64,000 nucleotides of DNA, from NCBI GenBank assembly GCA_964016885.1, contig OZ024742.1, positions 248,001 to 312,000 on the forward strand, read 5' to 3'. Below the pieces are notes generated by a model. The model saw only the letters and a program-made list of their open reading frames with translations, did no database searches and had not been told where the DNA came from. The DNA is from Eledone cirrhosa. Lineage: Eukaryota. This document shows positions 62,529 to 64,000 of this stretch, piece by piece. A program made the position numbers and the translations under genes. The first letter of the stretch is position 1. Each line of letters opens with the position of its first letter.

Positions 62529-62566
62529 CCTTTTGAAAAGTAGAAGAACTGCGAAACCGGTAAAGG
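62529..62566 (+). ncRNA. Degenerate minimal hammerhead
   Basis: CCTT-TTGAAAA-GTAG(AAGAA)CTGC-GAAACCGGT-A-AAGG; stems intact, core has two changes from CTGANGA. Confidence 0.5.
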
Positions 62567-62746
62567 AACCAAATAAATATATATATTTTTAAAAAAAAAA
62601 TAAATAAATAAATAAGACTCCAGTTGCATTTTCGATTTCATCTCTTTTTCTTTATACTTTCACTCGTGTAGGACACCTCGGTTATTTTTCATTTTGTTAA
62701 AAAAAACCTCACTTTCTAATATATACCCACCACACGAAGACCGAAA

Positions 62747-63850
62747 ATGCCACCAAAGTCTCAACAAAACAACAACTCACTGAACCAGGACATCTTAAAT
62801 GAACTCAAAGAGATTTCCTCTAAACTCTCAATTTTGACCAACAAAGTGGACCAAATACACATCTATAAAAAAGGACCCCACGAAGAAACAGAAAATACCC
62901 AAGAGACGAATATTACTCTAGTATTAACTAAGCTAATCGAAACCATTGAAACAGCAATGCTCCAAAAGCTGGAACAACCGTTAGAACCCAATCTACGAGA
63001 TGTCCACTTAGTGAAAAACACCCTAATAAACATATGGACTCAAAAGCTCACAGCCCGCAAATTCGCCCTTTGGAATCTCATAAAAAATAATGGCAAGGCA
63101 GACATATATGAAAAGTGGCTAAACTCTACCCCAATCATCCTCCCCAAAAAACTCCAAATAAAACCCATCCCGAATGAACCAGAAAACCAACAAAGACTTA
63201 GGGAAAAGATGGCATTGGAAACATTTAAAACAGAAATAGAACTGTTGCGATTAAGAGCCAACTCCAACAAAGAAAAATTCAAGTCACTGGACCAACAGAT
63301 GGACACAGAAATCTCAAAGCACTCTGAAGGCCTACTCTACAAAAAAACGCTAAAACTTTGGAAAGAAAACTGTGAGGATAAAGAACTAACATCCCTCCAG
63401 CGATGGGAAAAAAACACCACCTGGTTCAACAACTACGAAATGGACTTCAAAAATAAACAACATACAGGTAACCCATTTTTAAAACAAACTAAAACTCACA
63501 CACCACATGCACAACAAATAACAAAAAAAGTAACAAAACGTCCAACATACCCCCAGCAAAACTATAACGATAATCCCAGAAACCATAGACAAAACTATAA
63601 CCCTACTAACAAAAACCAAAGATCCCCGAACACAAGGCAGGACCTGATCCGCAGATCACAACCCACACAAAACCTATTCCAAAACCGTAGACCCCTGCCT
63701 ACACAGAACCTGTTCCAAAATCGTAGATCCCAACCCACACAAAGGAACCAAATCTACAACCCAGACTATCAACAAACCGAACCTCAATACGTCCGAAACT
63801 TCTATACAAGACCACACAACAACAGGGGAAATACCATTAGATACCATTAG
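62747..63850 (+). CDS. Upstream/N-terminal ORF of a probable Penelope-like element (coiled-coil-like, basic Q/N/R-rich tail); element continues past the window end
   Basis: 367-aa A-rich ORF preceded by hammerhead motifs and followed by KIINLSNTNLSAQQVK at 63953-64000, resembling the pre-RT N-terminal motif of PLEs. Confidence 0.6.
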   Translation: MPPKSQQNNNSLNQDILNELKEISSKLSILTNKVDQIHIYKKGPHEETENTQETNITLVLTKLIETIETAMLQKLEQPLEPNLRDVHLVKNTLINIWTQKLTARKFALWNLIKNNGKADIYEKWLNSTPIILPKKLQIKPIPNEPENQQRLREKMALETFKTEIELLRLRANSNKEKFKSLDQQMDTEISKHSEGLLYKKTLKLWKENCEDKELTSLQRWEKNTTWFNNYEMDFKNKQHTGNPFLKQTKTHTPHAQQITKKVTKRPTYPQQNYNDNPRNHRQNYNPTNKNQRSPNTRQDLIRRSQPTQNLFQNRRPLPTQNLFQNRRSQPTQRNQIYNPDYQQTEPQYVRNFYTRPHNNRGNTIRYH

Positions 63851-64000
63851 ATATAATAATACCATTGAAAAAACATACCAGAAAAATCATTTTTTAGACC
63901 AAGGCTACAGGACTCACGACACCCGGTGGCACCAACCGATTTTGAAAAACCGAAAATAATTAACCTTTCAAATACAAACCTCTCAGCCCAACAAGTAAAA

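Overview
Gene-poor, repeat-saturated animal DNA. The SINE and LINE types, (TA)n tracts and satellites suggest a cephalopod (octopus-like) genome; this is an inference. No convincing host gene is present, and most ORFs in the track are translations of tandem repeats. Tandem repeats: a 26-bp G-rich array (1-4.1 kb), a 17-bp array (4.4-5.8 kb), a ~25-kb 33-bp satellite with kb-scale higher-order repeats (11.7-36.7 kb) and many micro/minisatellites. Mobile elements: two decayed Naiad-type Penelope-like elements (PLEs), the 5' part of a probable third PLE at the window end, a near full-length decayed RTE LINE with a PHD-like finger inside the RT, CR1-like fragments, tRNA-derived SINEs, a DD37D maT transposase fragment, MITEs and a non-autonomous Helitron. 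The main hidden signal is non-coding: about a dozen type I hammerhead ribozyme motifs from at least five sequence families. Many sit in short fold-back (inverted-repeat) cassettes inserted in (TA)n tracts. One family shows compensatory stem II changes, and another has a fixed non-canonical CAGAAGA core and also lies inside the Helitron.
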